Origin: Candidatus Uhrbacteria bacterium
GTDB taxonomy: Bacteria > Patescibacteriota > Patescibacteriia > UBA9934 > GWF2-40-263
Assembly (NCBI GenBank): GCA_016844925.1
Contig: JAERTI010000056.1
Location: forward strand, 6,978 to 70,977
DNA: 64,000 nucleotides
Direction: 5' to 3'
A model generated the notes under the pieces. It did no database searches, was not told the DNA's origin, and saw nothing but the letters and a program-made list of their open reading frames with translations. Positions 55,647 to 64,000 of this stretch are shown here, one piece after another (positions within the stretch are counted from its first letter, which is position 1; each line of letters starts with the position of its first letter). The position numbers and the translations under genes are program-made.

Positions 55647-56718
55647 AGGCGTCTATTGTATCAGGCTCGTCGATCCGTTCCCAGGGCGCGCTCGCGTGGG
55701 TGAAGTGTCCGCTGGTGCAGTTGGCTTGGTAGATCGGTGTGCGCAGGTCCAGCGTGGCGATGATGGCTTTGGGGCGGAAGTCGAAGTTTTCAAGGAGATG
55801 GTCAAGCGTCCGTCCGTCGCCATCGATGGCGTGCACCATCAGAGGCTCTGCCATGCCGATCGCGTAGGCAACGGAAACGAGACATTCATCAGCAGCGCCG
55901 GAAGCGACAAGTTGCTTTGCGACGTAGCGCGCCATGTAGGCACCTGAGCGGTCTACCTTCGATGGATCTTTTCCAGAGAACGCTCCGCCACCATGGGGAA
56001 TCACACCGCCATAGGTGTCGACCATGATCTTGCGACCGGTGAGTCCTGCATCTGCCTCAAACCCGCCAACAACAAAGCTCCCGGAGGGATTGATGATGAG
56101 ATTGGTTGGGGGAGCGAGTCGGTAGTGGGAGAGGACGGGAATGACGACGTGCGTGACCAACTCAGCGCGAATCTGTTCTTGCGCCACATCTTCATTGTGT
56201 TGAACACTCAAGAGAATGGTTTCAATCAGTCCGTCACGAACGGTTACCTGACTCTTTCCATCAGGACGCAGCCAGGCAAGGGTCTTGTCGCCTCGCACTT
56301 GATCGAGTCGACGTGTCAGAGCATGTGCCACGGCTGTAGCGATCGGGAGGAGTTCTGGTGTTTGGTTGCAAGCATAGCCGTACATGATTCCTTGATCGCC
56401 GGCACCACCATCATCTACTCCTGCAGCGATTTCGGGTGATTGCTGCACGACGTATTCCAGGATGTTGAGTGGGTCCGTGTGGCCGATATCGCGATACACA
56501 CGCTCAGCGATGGCCCGGTGGTTTACTTGTGCTGTTGAAGTAATCTCTCCACCAATGACGAGGGTGCCATGGGAACCAAACGTTTCGACGGCGACACGCG
56601 CAGATGGATCTTGGGCAAGGTGAGCGTCGAGTATCGCATCGGAAATCTGATCACAGACTTTGTCTGGGTGACCGGCGGTAACAGACTCACAAGTATAAAG
56701 AGAAGGGAGGTGACTCAT
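55609..56718 (-). CDS. metK: S-adenosylmethionine synthetase
   Basis: GHPDKVCDQISDA, the GGGAFSGKDPSKVDRS P-loop, and DTYGG. Confidence 0.9.
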   Translation of the reverse strand: MSHLPSLYTCESVTAGHPDKVCDQISDAILDAHLAQDPSARVAVETFGSHGTLVIGGEITSTAQVNHRAIAERVYRDIGHTDPLNILEYVVQQSPEIAAGVDDGGAGDQGIMYGYACNQTPELLPIATAVAHALTRRLDQVRGDKTLAWLRPDGKSQVTVRDGLIETILLSVQHNEDVAQEQIRAELVTHVVIPVLSHYRLAPPTNLIINPSGSFVVGGFEADAGLTGRKIMVDTYGGVIPHGGGAFSGKDPSKVDRSGAYMARYVAKQLVASGAADECLVSVAYAIGMAEPLMVHAIDGDGRTLDHLLENFDFRPKAIIATLDLRTPIYQANCTSGHFTHASAPWERIDEPDTIDAYGVPSLRTTSAH

Positions 56719-56724
56719 AAGGGT

Positions 56725-56910
56725 AAAAATAAAACGACATCTCGCAGGAGATGTTCATAAAGAATTATCTGTCCCACGTAGGGCCACGTAAAACTCTTCG
56801 AGTCACGTGGCGGGGCTGGAAGGCGCACCGTCTTCTTTCGAAAGGTTGCGGGTGGGTCAATGAGCCAGAACTCTCACCACACTCTTGATATTGAATTGTA
56901 GAGAAAGACT
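56725..56910 (-). promoter_or_regulatory. candidate SAM-I-like riboswitch leader of metK with an intrinsic terminator
   Basis: On the minus strand: AUAUCAAGAG (plus 56882-56891), GCAACC (plus 56844-56849), GGUGC (plus 56825-56829) and UUCCAGC (plus 56815-56821). A terminator ACAUCUC-cugc-GAGAUGU plus U-run (plus 56725-56754) ends about 10 nt before the ATG. The P1 pairing could not be reconstructed. Confidence 0.4.
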
Positions 56911-56928
56911 AGCACGGATTTACGTTTG

Positions 56929-56957
56929 TTGACAGTGCGCCGGCTCTCAACTACGCT
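56929..56957 (+). promoter_or_regulatory. sigma-70-like promoter for the downstream high-GC ORF
   Basis: TTGACA at 56929-56934, a 17-nt spacer, TACGCT at 56952-56957, and a GGAGGT RBS at 56975-56980 before the ATG at 56984. Confidence 0.45.
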
Positions 56958-56983
56958 CGTCACCTGGCCAAACTGGAGGTGCC

Positions 56984-57640
56984 ATGCATGTAGAACAGGA
57001 AAAGCTCTCTCGTTTCGACGAGGGATTGCACGAGCTCAGTCCGCTGATGCGACTGGTGCTGACAGATGCGGATCGGATTCTGGCTGCCGTCTGCGATGCG
57101 CCCAAGGACCTCCGTCTGCGTACGCAGATGGCAGATCACGACCGACAGGCCGACGAGCAGGCCATCGCGTTCGCGCTCCGGCAGCTCGGGCTCCACGCTG
57201 AGCATCACGGCATGACGTCGTTCAGCTTCACCAGCCCCATGGGGGAGGTGGGAGGATGGCTGTCGCACGTTCCCGAGTCCGTTCGTCGCATGCAGGCCCG
57301 CGTGTGGATGAGGGGCCTGCTCACCAGGTCCCTGAGAGGCCTGCTGGAGGAGAAGTACCACACTCTCACGCACGGCAAGCTGGGCCTGGGAGATCGTCGG
57401 CGTGTGCACGGTGTAATCCTCACCACACTCCAGGGGGTAGAGCTTCCGTGGTATGGGGGAGGAGATCTCATCTTGAGCTTGCTCAGGGCCATCCTGCCGC
57501 ACTACATTGTTCTGGCAGTGCTGAACGACCAGGATCGAGTCGCAGAGTTGCGACCGCTCATGCATCTGCTGCCCACCCTCCCGGTGCTGGGCCTGATGCA
57601 AGGCAAGGAGGGTCCTATCTGGATCTACGGCGTGCACTAG
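56984..57640 (+). CDS. hypothetical protein; high GC
   Basis: Promoter and RBS on this strand. No motif. The antisense 227-aa ORF is a shadow. Confidence 0.45.
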   Translation: MHVEQEKLSRFDEGLHELSPLMRLVLTDADRILAAVCDAPKDLRLRTQMADHDRQADEQAIAFALRQLGLHAEHHGMTSFSFTSPMGEVGGWLSHVPESVRRMQARVWMRGLLTRSLRGLLEEKYHTLTHGKLGLGDRRRVHGVILTTLQGVELPWYGGGDLILSLLRAILPHYIVLAVLNDQDRVAELRPLMHLLPTLPVLGLMQGKEGPIWIYGVH

Positions 57641-57689
57641 CACGCAACGCGTCCTCTTCAGGGCGCTTTTTTGTTACAATGAGAGCACT

Positions 57690-58328
57690 ATGTGTTTTTC
57701 TGCCACCGCGTCCTTTACCGCCTCAGCCGTACTCTCAGCGGCAGGTGTTGCCTCGATTAAGAAAGCGCCTCGTAAGCGTGATCAGTTCATTGCGGCGATT
57801 CCGCTTCTATTCGGCATCCAACAGTTCTTTGAAGGAATGATCTGGATGTTCCCTGATCATCCGTCTTATTCGATGTTTTTTGTCGTCGGCTTCCTGTTTT
57901 TCGCTGCGGTCGTCTGGCCGTTCTATATCCCGCTGGCCGTTTGGAGCCACGAGCCTGATCCTGAGAGGAAGAAGTCCCTCCGTGTCCTGGTGGTCGTAGG
58001 TGCCATCGGGGCGCTCTACATGTTTACACTTGGTATTCTGCAACCAGTCACTCTTTCGTTTTATGACCAGTCGGTTCACTATTCGATCCCTGATCCAATA
58101 GGGGTCTGGGGAATCCTCATGTATATCATGGTGATTATCTGCTCGTTTCTCCTTTCCACAAAACCGTTCCTCCATTGGTTCGGCCTATCGATTCTGTTTG
58201 CTGCCTGGTTCTCCTGGACGATTTATAACGTGACCTTCACAAGCGTCTGGTGTTTCTTCTCTGCGCTGCTCAGCCTAGCCATCTACTTTTACATTCAACA
58301 GTTGACACCGAAGAAATCCCGTGCGTAA
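57690..58328 (+). CDS. polytopic membrane protein, unknown function
   Basis: Six hydrophobic helices. Confidence 0.5.
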   Translation: MCFSATASFTASAVLSAAGVASIKKAPRKRDQFIAAIPLLFGIQQFFEGMIWMFPDHPSYSMFFVVGFLFFAAVVWPFYIPLAVWSHEPDPERKKSLRVLVVVGAIGALYMFTLGILQPVTLSFYDQSVHYSIPDPIGVWGILMYIMVIICSFLLSTKPFLHWFGLSILFAAWFSWTIYNVTFTSVWCFFSALLSLAIYFYIQQLTPKKSRA

Positions 58329-58373
58329 TCAAGGTGTAGTACAGTAAGCCTCGTAAACCGCGAGGTTTTTTGT

Positions 58374-59630
58374 ATGGATTTATTTGAACACAAACGACAA
58401 CAGAATAAACGCTCACGCGCGCCACTTGCCGAGCGGATGCGCCCTCGTACACTGGACGATTATGTCGGTCAGGCGCATTTGGTGGGAGAGGGAAAAATCC
58501 TCCGTCGACTGATTGACCAGGATAGGATTCCCTCGATGATTTTTTGGGGGCCACCAGGGACAGGCAAGACGACGCTCGCTCATATTATTGCCGGAGCGAC
58601 CGGTTCTCACTTTGTGAAGTTCAGTGCTGTGGAGAATGGGGTCAAGGACGTGCGACGCATTGTGGCTGAGTCAATCGACCGAGAGAAGTACTCTGGAAAG
58701 CGCACTATTTTGTTCATCGACGAGATTCACAGGTTCAACAAGCTTCAACAAGATGCGTTTCTACCCCACGTCGAGGACGGGACGATTGTGCTCATTGGCG
58801 CCACGACGGAGAACCCTTCATTTGAGGTGAACTCCGCGCTCCTTTCGCGCTGTCGGGTGTTTGTGCTGGAGGCGCTCTCAACGGAATCGATCAAGGATCT
58901 CATTGAACGAGCCCTCATGGATCCTCTTGGTGGTCTTGGGACGAAGGGGATCAACATGGACGAGCAGAGCGTCGAATACCTGGCCCACATGGCCAACGGT
59001 GATGCACGTACGGCCCTTAATGCGATCGAGATTGCTACCGAGGCGTTCGAGTCGGGCGGTGACGTGACGATCGACAAGAAGGCTGTTGAAGAAGCTCTGC
59101 AGCGCACGCATCTGCTCTATGATCGGGCGGGGGAGGAGCACTACAACATCATCTCGGCACTCCACAAATCCATGCGTGGTTCAGATGCTGACGCAGCACT
59201 GTACTGGCTCGGTCGCATGCTTGAGGGTGGGGAAGATCCGCTCTACATCGCACGCCGGCTTGTCAGATTTGCTAGTGAGGATATTGGTCTGGCAGACCCG
59301 CGTGCACTCGAACAAGCCGTGGCGGCCTATCAAGCCTGTCACTTTATCGGCATGCCAGAGTGTGGCGTGGTCCTTGCTCAATGCGTGGCTTATCTTGCAC
59401 AAGCCCCAAAATCAAACGCCCTCTACAAGGCCTACAACCGAGTGCAGAAAGATGTGCAGGAGCTGCAGAGTCTTCCTGTGCCGCTCCACCTTCGTAATGC
59501 ACCAACAACGCTGATGAAGAATCTTGGGTACGGTAAGGGGTATAAGTACACACCCGCATTCAACGATCCTGCTCACGCTGACCAGTCTTATCTTCCAGAG
59601 GAGCTGGAGGGGAAGAAGTATTTAGATTGA
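58374..59630 (+). CDS. rarA: replication-associated recombination protein A (AAA+ ATPase, MgsA/WRNIP1 family)
   Basis: Walker A GPPGTGKTT, Walker B ILFIDEIHRFNK, sensor motifs, and a C-terminal MgsA helical domain. Confidence 0.9.
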   Translation: MDLFEHKRQQNKRSRAPLAERMRPRTLDDYVGQAHLVGEGKILRRLIDQDRIPSMIFWGPPGTGKTTLAHIIAGATGSHFVKFSAVENGVKDVRRIVAESIDREKYSGKRTILFIDEIHRFNKLQQDAFLPHVEDGTIVLIGATTENPSFEVNSALLSRCRVFVLEALSTESIKDLIERALMDPLGGLGTKGINMDEQSVEYLAHMANGDARTALNAIEIATEAFESGGDVTIDKKAVEEALQRTHLLYDRAGEEHYNIISALHKSMRGSDADAALYWLGRMLEGGEDPLYIARRLVRFASEDIGLADPRALEQAVAAYQACHFIGMPECGVVLAQCVAYLAQAPKSNALYKAYNRVQKDVQELQSLPVPLHLRNAPTTLMKNLGYGKGYKYTPAFNDPAHADQSYLPEELEGKKYLD

Positions 59631-59642
59631 TTTGGTACAATT

Positions 59643-60044
59643 GTGCTAGCTATGAGCACGACTAACGAGGAGTGGAAGCAAAAACTTACTTCTGAGCAGT
59701 ACCGACTGCTTCGCGAGAAGGGGACGGAGCCGGCGTTCAGCGGCGCGCTTTTGGATCAGCATGAGGATGGAACGTATCACTGCGCTGGTTGTGGAGCCGT
59801 TTTGTTCTCATCAGAGGCGAAGTTTGATTCCGGTTCAGGTTGGCCGAGCTTTGATCGCGCCATGAGTGAGGGAGTCATCGAGTTTGTCGAGGACCGGTCT
59901 CATGCAATGGTGCGCACAGAAATTGTGTGCAAGGCCTGCGGAGGGCATTTGGGTCACGTGTTTGATGATGGACCAAGTGAGACGGGAAAACGGTTCTGTG
60001 TAAATTCAGGATCACTAGACTTTAAACAAGAACAACATGATTGA
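59643..60044 (+). CDS. msrB: peptide methionine sulfoxide reductase MsrB
   Basis: Zn-binding CAGCG...[12 protein letters not shown] and a catalytic Cys in RFCVNS. Confidence 0.85.
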   Translation: MLAMSTTNEEWKQKLTSEQYRLLREKGTEPAFSGALLDQHEDGTYHCAGCGAVLFSSEAKFDSGSGWPSFDRAMSEGVIEFVEDRSHAMVRTEIVCKACGGHLGHVFDDGPSETGKRFCVNSGSLDFKQEQHD

Positions 60045-60273
60045 GTTGTATCACATGGAGAGGTGCCCGTTCTGTGTAAAGGTTCGACTGAAACTTGAGG
60101 CGCTTGAACTGGATTGGATCTCAAAAACAAGTCCGCCAGGTTCGCCACAGCGAGAGAAGCTCATGGAGATCGGAGGAAAGCAACAAGTCCCATTTCTTGT
60201 CGACTCGGAACATGGCGTGGCCATGTATGAGTCAGATGACATTATCAATTATTTAGAAGAGACTTACGGATAA
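60037..60273 (+). CDS. grx: glutaredoxin
   Basis: CPFC active site, a TVP-like VPFLV motif, and 78 aa. Confidence 0.8.
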   Translation: MIELYHMERCPFCVKVRLKLEALELDWISKTSPPGSPQREKLMEIGGKQQVPFLVDSEHGVAMYESDDIINYLEETYG

Positions 60274-60274
60274 T

Positions 60275-61273
60275 ATGTCGGTATACATTGCTATTGTTTT
60301 TGTGTGTTTCGCTGGGTTCTTTCTGGCGAGCTACTTGTTTCACAAAAAGCATGAAAAGAAGGAGCATTTCATTTGTCCTTTTAGGGGGCGTTGTTCGGAA
60401 GTGATTCAAAGTGAGTTTTCAAAGTTCATGGGCATGCCAGTGGAGGTGATGGGATTGGTGTATTACGCAGGTCTTGCCATTGGTTATGGTGCGACCATTG
60501 CGTTTCCCTCCGTTTTCGGCTGGCTTATTTTGCCGCTCCTTATCGCCTCAACACTGGCGTTTTTCTTTTCGATGTACCTAACCTTCATTCAGATTGTCTC
60601 CATTAGAAAGTTCTGTACGTGGTGTCTTACCTCAGCAGCGTTCTGCACCATCATTTTTGGTCTCGCCCTCTTTGGTTCGTATGAATTGGTCGAACCGTTT
60701 CTGGTTCAGTTCCGCTCACCGATCTACGCATTTCATGTTCTGTTCATGGGCTTTGGTATTGGTGCAGCCACACTTAACGATGTGCTCTTCTTTAAATTTC
60801 TCAAAGACCTTCGCATTTCTGAGCAAGAGGCTGCTGTTCTAAAAACCGTAAATGAATTCATTTGGTTCGCGATCGGATTCATCCTTCTTACGGGGCTTGC
60901 CTTGTACCTCCCTGAGTTGGGGCCACGCATAGGCTCTTCACAGACACTCATGAAGATGCTCATCTTTTTGGTCATTATCGTGAACGCGGCATTTCTTAAC
61001 CTCACGATCGCTCCAAAGCTTGTAAGGATTTCATTTGGTCAAGAGCATGATCATAAAGCTGGTGAGCTTGTTCGGGCACGAAGACTCGCGTTCCTCCTGG
61101 GGCCAGTCTCTCTTGTTTCTTGGTATAGCGCGTTTGTTGTTGGGGTGATGCCGACCAATGCTGGGTACGCATTTCGAGAAATGCTTACGGTGTACGTAGT
61201 GTTACTTATCGTAGGTATGGTGATTGGATGGATTCACGAGTGCCGACTCTGCGACAGAAAACCTTCTTCGTAG
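60275..61273 (+). CDS. vitamin K epoxide reductase (VKOR)-family protein fused to an additional C-terminal polytopic membrane domain
   Basis: Loop Cys pair CPFRGRC and the in-membrane CTWC (CxxC) active site. An extra roughly 150-aa 4-TM C-terminal region. Confidence 0.65.
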   Translation: MSVYIAIVFVCFAGFFLASYLFHKKHEKKEHFICPFRGRCSEVIQSEFSKFMGMPVEVMGLVYYAGLAIGYGATIAFPSVFGWLILPLLIASTLAFFFSMYLTFIQIVSIRKFCTWCLTSAAFCTIIFGLALFGSYELVEPFLVQFRSPIYAFHVLFMGFGIGAATLNDVLFFKFLKDLRISEQEAAVLKTVNEFIWFAIGFILLTGLALYLPELGPRIGSSQTLMKMLIFLVIIVNAAFLNLTIAPKLVRISFGQEHDHKAGELVRARRLAFLLGPVSLVSWYSAFVVGVMPTNAGYAFREMLTVYVVLLIVGMVIGWIHECRLCDRKPSS

Positions 61274-61343
61274 CCTCAGTCACCACAGTTTTCATTGATT
61301 CTATTGAGCTAAGCGATTACCATTGAGTTATCATTTTTTTGTT

Positions 61344-62120
61344 ATGCAAGAAGCTTTACCACTCGTCCTCCCTGCGTTCATCGCGGGCATTCTCACATTC
61401 TTAGCACCCTGCACCCTTCCGCTTGTCCCGGCCTATCTTGGCTTCATCAGCGGTGCGAGTGCGAAGGATATGCAAGACCCCTCAAAGGTGGGGCAGATTC
61501 GAAAGAAAGTCTTTCTCAATGGCATATTCTACGTTCTCGGTTTCAGTGTCGTGTTTGTGGCATTGGGAATTGTCTTCGGTCTTGGGGGGGTGGCACTGGC
61601 GAAATATCAGACGCTCTTAACCAAGATTGGTGGAGGATTCATTCTCTTCTTTGGTCTCTACCTGCTAGGAGTGCTTGATAAAATTCCCGGTCTCAAAACA
61701 CTGCTCTCTTCAGAACATCGAATGAAACTCCCTCAGTCCCTTGTGCCCGGCACAGGGTCAAGCTCTTTCATCTTTGGTGCGACGTTCGCCTTTGGGTGGA
61801 CGCCTTGTGTGGGGCCGATTCTCGGTTCAATTCTGTTACTCGCTTCTTCCACCACAACGGTTTACCAAGGAGCGTTCCTCTTATCGGTATTCTCTTTGGG
61901 GCTTGCGATTCCGTTTCTGCTTCTTGCTCTGGGAATTGGACACGCATCAAAGACGGTGCACAAGCTCTCAAAAATTCTTCCCTATATTTCTGCCATAGGC
62001 GGAATCTTCTTAATCATTCTTGGAATACTCTTGCTCACGGACTCCCTTGGGGTCTGGCTTGGCTGGTCCTATCAATTGCTAGGAGAATTTGGGTACGAGT
62101 TGATCCTGGATTACCTGTAA
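61344..62120 (+). CDS. ccdA: cytochrome c-type biogenesis protein CcdA (DsbD transmembrane-domain family)
   Basis: LAPCTLPLVP and WTPCVGPILG Cys motifs, and 6 TM helices. Confidence 0.85.
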   Translation: MQEALPLVLPAFIAGILTFLAPCTLPLVPAYLGFISGASAKDMQDPSKVGQIRKKVFLNGIFYVLGFSVVFVALGIVFGLGGVALAKYQTLLTKIGGGFILFFGLYLLGVLDKIPGLKTLLSSEHRMKLPQSLVPGTGSSSFIFGATFAFGWTPCVGPILGSILLLASSTTTVYQGAFLLSVFSLGLAIPFLLLALGIGHASKTVHKLSKILPYISAIGGIFLIILGILLLTDSLGVWLGWSYQLLGEFGYELILDYL

Positions 62121-62130
62121 GAAACATCTT

Positions 62131-62712
62131 ATGAAATCATCAGTAAAGGTGGCTGGCCTGGCCATCGGTAGTTTCGCGCTGCTTCTCTGGGGGATGGGAA
62201 TCTCCTCCGGAACAACAACCGGATCGTCGACAACAGCTTCAACCTCTATGGGGGGTCATGGGGCCACGACCGCAGCGGTCGAGCCAGCGTCGGCAACTGA
62301 CACGACGCCATCGAGAACAGCTGCTCCTGACTTCACGCTGACGACTCTAGACGGCGAGACAATCACTCTGTCTGAGTATCAAGGTGAGAAGCCCGTGATT
62401 CTAGATTTCTGGGCGTCATGGTGCCACAACTGCCAAAGGGCTTTTCCTAAGACGGCACGACTGTATGATGCGTATAGCGATCAGGTTGAGATTATCGGTG
62501 TGAATCTAAAAGAGTCAGCATCGGCGGCCCAGGCGTTCGTTGACCGCACAGGCGCGACGTTCCCTAATGGATTGGATGCTGGGTCCATTTCTGGTAGCTA
62601 CGGTGTTCGATACACGAACACTCACATTCTCATTGACGTCGACGGCAATATTGTTGATATGTTTGCTTCTGACCTCACAGAGGCGCACATCGAGGCGCTT
62701 CTCGGCGCTTAG
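62131..62712 (+). CDS. thioredoxin-fold thiol:disulfide oxidoreductase (TlpA/ResA family), membrane-anchored or lipoprotein
   Basis: WASWCHNC (WCxxC) active site, a signal anchor and a Thr/Ser linker. Confidence 0.85.
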   Translation: MKSSVKVAGLAIGSFALLLWGMGISSGTTTGSSTTASTSMGGHGATTAAVEPASATDTTPSRTAAPDFTLTTLDGETITLSEYQGEKPVILDFWASWCHNCQRAFPKTARLYDAYSDQVEIIGVNLKESASAAQAFVDRTGATFPNGLDAGSISGSYGVRYTNTHILIDVDGNIVDMFASDLTEAHIEALLGA

Positions 62713-62715
62713 CCT

Positions 62716-63093
62716 ATGAAACAAAAACTTACCGCGAAAGAATTATTCCGCATTCTCTCGATCCCTGTTGTTGTGGCATCGCTCTGTTGCCTCTCGCCGA
62801 TAGTGATTGTGCTCCTTGGAATCAGCACGACAGCGGTGGCTGCGTCGCTCTCCGACATTCTCTATTATGAATACCGTTGGTACTTTCGTTTGGCAGGTCT
62901 CCTAGCCCTCTCTCTTAGTCTATGGCTCTTCTTTCGCAGGAAGGGGATCTGCACACTTGATCAGGCTAAGCGTCGACGCAACGAAATCATTAATACGGCC
63001 CTGATCGTCTTCATTGTCTCGATTCTTGCCTACGTTGTGTGGCTCTATGGGGTTGTGGAAATCATCGGGATTTGGTTGGGAATTTGGGGGTAG
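62716..63093 (+). CDS. small membrane protein with an intramembrane Cys-Cys pair (MerT-like motif)
   Basis: TM1 ASLCCLSPIV; 3 TM helices. Confidence 0.45.
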   Translation: MKQKLTAKELFRILSIPVVVASLCCLSPIVIVLLGISTTAVAASLSDILYYEYRWYFRLAGLLALSLSLWLFFRRKGICTLDQAKRRRNEIINTALIVFIVSILAYVVWLYGVVEIIGIWLGIWG

Positions 63094-63129
63094 AAAAAGA
63101 TCTCGACGCTGTGATATACTGCCGCCGCT

Positions 63130-63711
63130 ATGAAAAAGACGTTTTTACTTCTCCTGGGAGCCATTGTGCTCGTCGGTGGTGGCTGTTTCGGAAATGATTC
63201 AGCATCTGTAGACGAGGGTCCAGTTGAGATTGATCGAGATGCTATCTTGTTTGAAGCAAAGCAGCAGGGGCTTATCATGTCTGATGATGAGAGTGCTCAG
63301 ATGGTGGAGGGTGTTTCAGAGGACGCTGGTTCCACACCGGAAGGGATCGAGCAGTACCTCAATCAAGACTTCTCTGAATGGAGTTCTGCGGCTCTGGCAG
63401 ATGTAACAGGTGGCGGAAGTTATGGGATTGCTCACGCGGCATTCATCAGTGGCCAGTACCAACTTGTCGTAGAGATGGGAAACGTCCCTGATCTTGCAGA
63501 AGGGTACTTCTATGAAGGATGGATTGTTCGACGCGGAGCAAACATGTCTGTTATCAGCACAGGTGTTGCTGAGATCGTGGAAGACAAACTTGTGAACGTT
63601 TATATGTCGAACACAAACCTGACCGACCATGATTTCTACGTGCTTACCCTAGAGCCAGACGATGGCGATCCAGCACCGGCAGAACACATCCTTGAAGGAA
63701 CATTGAAATAA
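63130..63711 (+). CDS. lipoprotein, unknown function
   Basis: Lipobox LVGGGC after the signal peptide MKKTFLLLLGAIV. Confidence 0.6.
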   Translation: MKKTFLLLLGAIVLVGGGCFGNDSASVDEGPVEIDRDAILFEAKQQGLIMSDDESAQMVEGVSEDAGSTPEGIEQYLNQDFSEWSSAALADVTGGGSYGIAHAAFISGQYQLVVEMGNVPDLAEGYFYEGWIVRRGANMSVISTGVAEIVEDKLVNVYMSNTNLTDHDFYVLTLEPDDGDPAPAEHILEGTLK

Positions 63712-63742
63712 AAAAACAGACCCTCATAAGGGTCTGTTTTTG
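63712..63742. terminator. bidirectional intrinsic terminator
   Basis: AAAAAACAGACCCT-cataa-GGGTCTGTTTTT. Confidence 0.75.
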
Positions 63743-63743
63743 G

Positions 63744-64000
63744 TTAGGTAATCATGAGGTAGCCAATGCTCATGACGGTCATGTCGACGATCGCGTGATT
63801 CAGCCACACGGGAAGCAGGGAGCCTGAGCGTTGGTAGAGCCAGCACCAGAAGATGCCCATGCCCGCTATGAGGATCGAGATGCCGATGGCCATCCAAAGT
63901 GGTGTGAATTGGGCAAGGACAATCACGTGGTGGGAAGCAAAGGCGATCGAGGAGATGAGGGCAGCCGGGAGAAAGGTGGTTTTGAGGAGCAGGCCGCGGA
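63744..64000 (-). CDS. CPBP-family intramembrane metalloprotease (CAAX protease / Abi), C-terminal part; 5' end outside window
   Basis: Reading frame open to the window edge. Motif 2 AFASHH and motif 3 LNHAIVD. Confidence 0.6.
   Translation of the reverse strand, partial: RGLLLKTTFLPAALISSIAFASHHVIVLAQFTPLWMAIGISILIAGMGIFWCWLYQRSGSLLPVWLNHAIVDMTVMSIGYLMIT

Noticed and set aside
56960-57643. 227-aa minus-strand ORF opposite the high-GC hypothetical gene, and the 194-aa plus-strand ORF at 57256..57840
   Set aside because: The promoter (TTGACA-N17-TACGCT) and GGAGGT RBS support the 56984 plus-strand frame. The others are high-GC shadows.
1-64000. CRISPR arrays, rRNA genes and IS transposases
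   Set aside because: No tandem short direct repeats with unique spacers, no rRNA-like conserved blocks, and no DDE transposase ORFs were seen. The only tRNA is Asn-GTT.

Overview
This 64 kb window is a gene-dense bacterial chromosomal segment of about 45-53% GC. It contains no rRNA genes, no CRISPR array and one tRNA, tRNA-Asn(GTT). Most genes are ordinary housekeeping or envelope functions. Left to right these include an ECF sigma/anti-sigma pair, ogt-mutY-CYTH, glycerate kinase, rimK, greA, a DEAD-box helicase, a SpoU methyltransferase, a ZIP zinc transporter, msrA, trhO, glpK-gpsA, an ABC-F ATPase, a cold-shock protein, a five-gene SBP/HK/REC/PAS-HK/REC signalling operon, truB, an exosortase-like protein beside a PEF-CTERM surface protein, an M23 peptidase, a GST, metK, rarA, and an msrB-grx-VKOR-ccdA-tlpA thiol-redox cluster. 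The most interesting features are listed below. (1) An AT-rich putative integrative element spans roughly 43.6-52.2 kb and ends at tRNA-Asn. It carries a large serine recombinase whose reading frame runs into the tRNA 3' end, a Rep-like protein, a SpoVG-like protein, several unknown small membrane proteins, and a 987-aa MutS-HNH fusion (MutS7-like architecture: mismatch-binding domain, ABC ATPase and a C-terminal HNH nuclease) bracketed by an imperfect 22-nt direct repeat. (2) At least seven sharply bounded high-GC islands (>60% GC, GC3-rich), each a complete gene or gene pair: an M17 aminopeptidase, an Mqo-like FAD oxidoreductase, a PRPP-synthetase-like gene with a CDP-alcohol phosphatidyltransferase, and several hypotheticals. 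This points to very recent foreign DNA or to a chimeric assembly. (3) A leader upstream of metK carries SAM-I-like sequence motifs and an intrinsic terminator abutting the start codon. (4) A roughly 330-nt promoter-to-terminator intergenic unit between convergent genes contains a 19-bp long-range inverted repeat and is a candidate structured ncRNA. (5) A 635-aa unknown protein ends in an OmpR-type winged helix but has no receiver domain, and sits beside small high-GC zinc-ribbon and Pro/Gly-rich ORFs. All calls come from reading the sequence and motifs without database searches. Start codons are approximate to within a few nt where noted.
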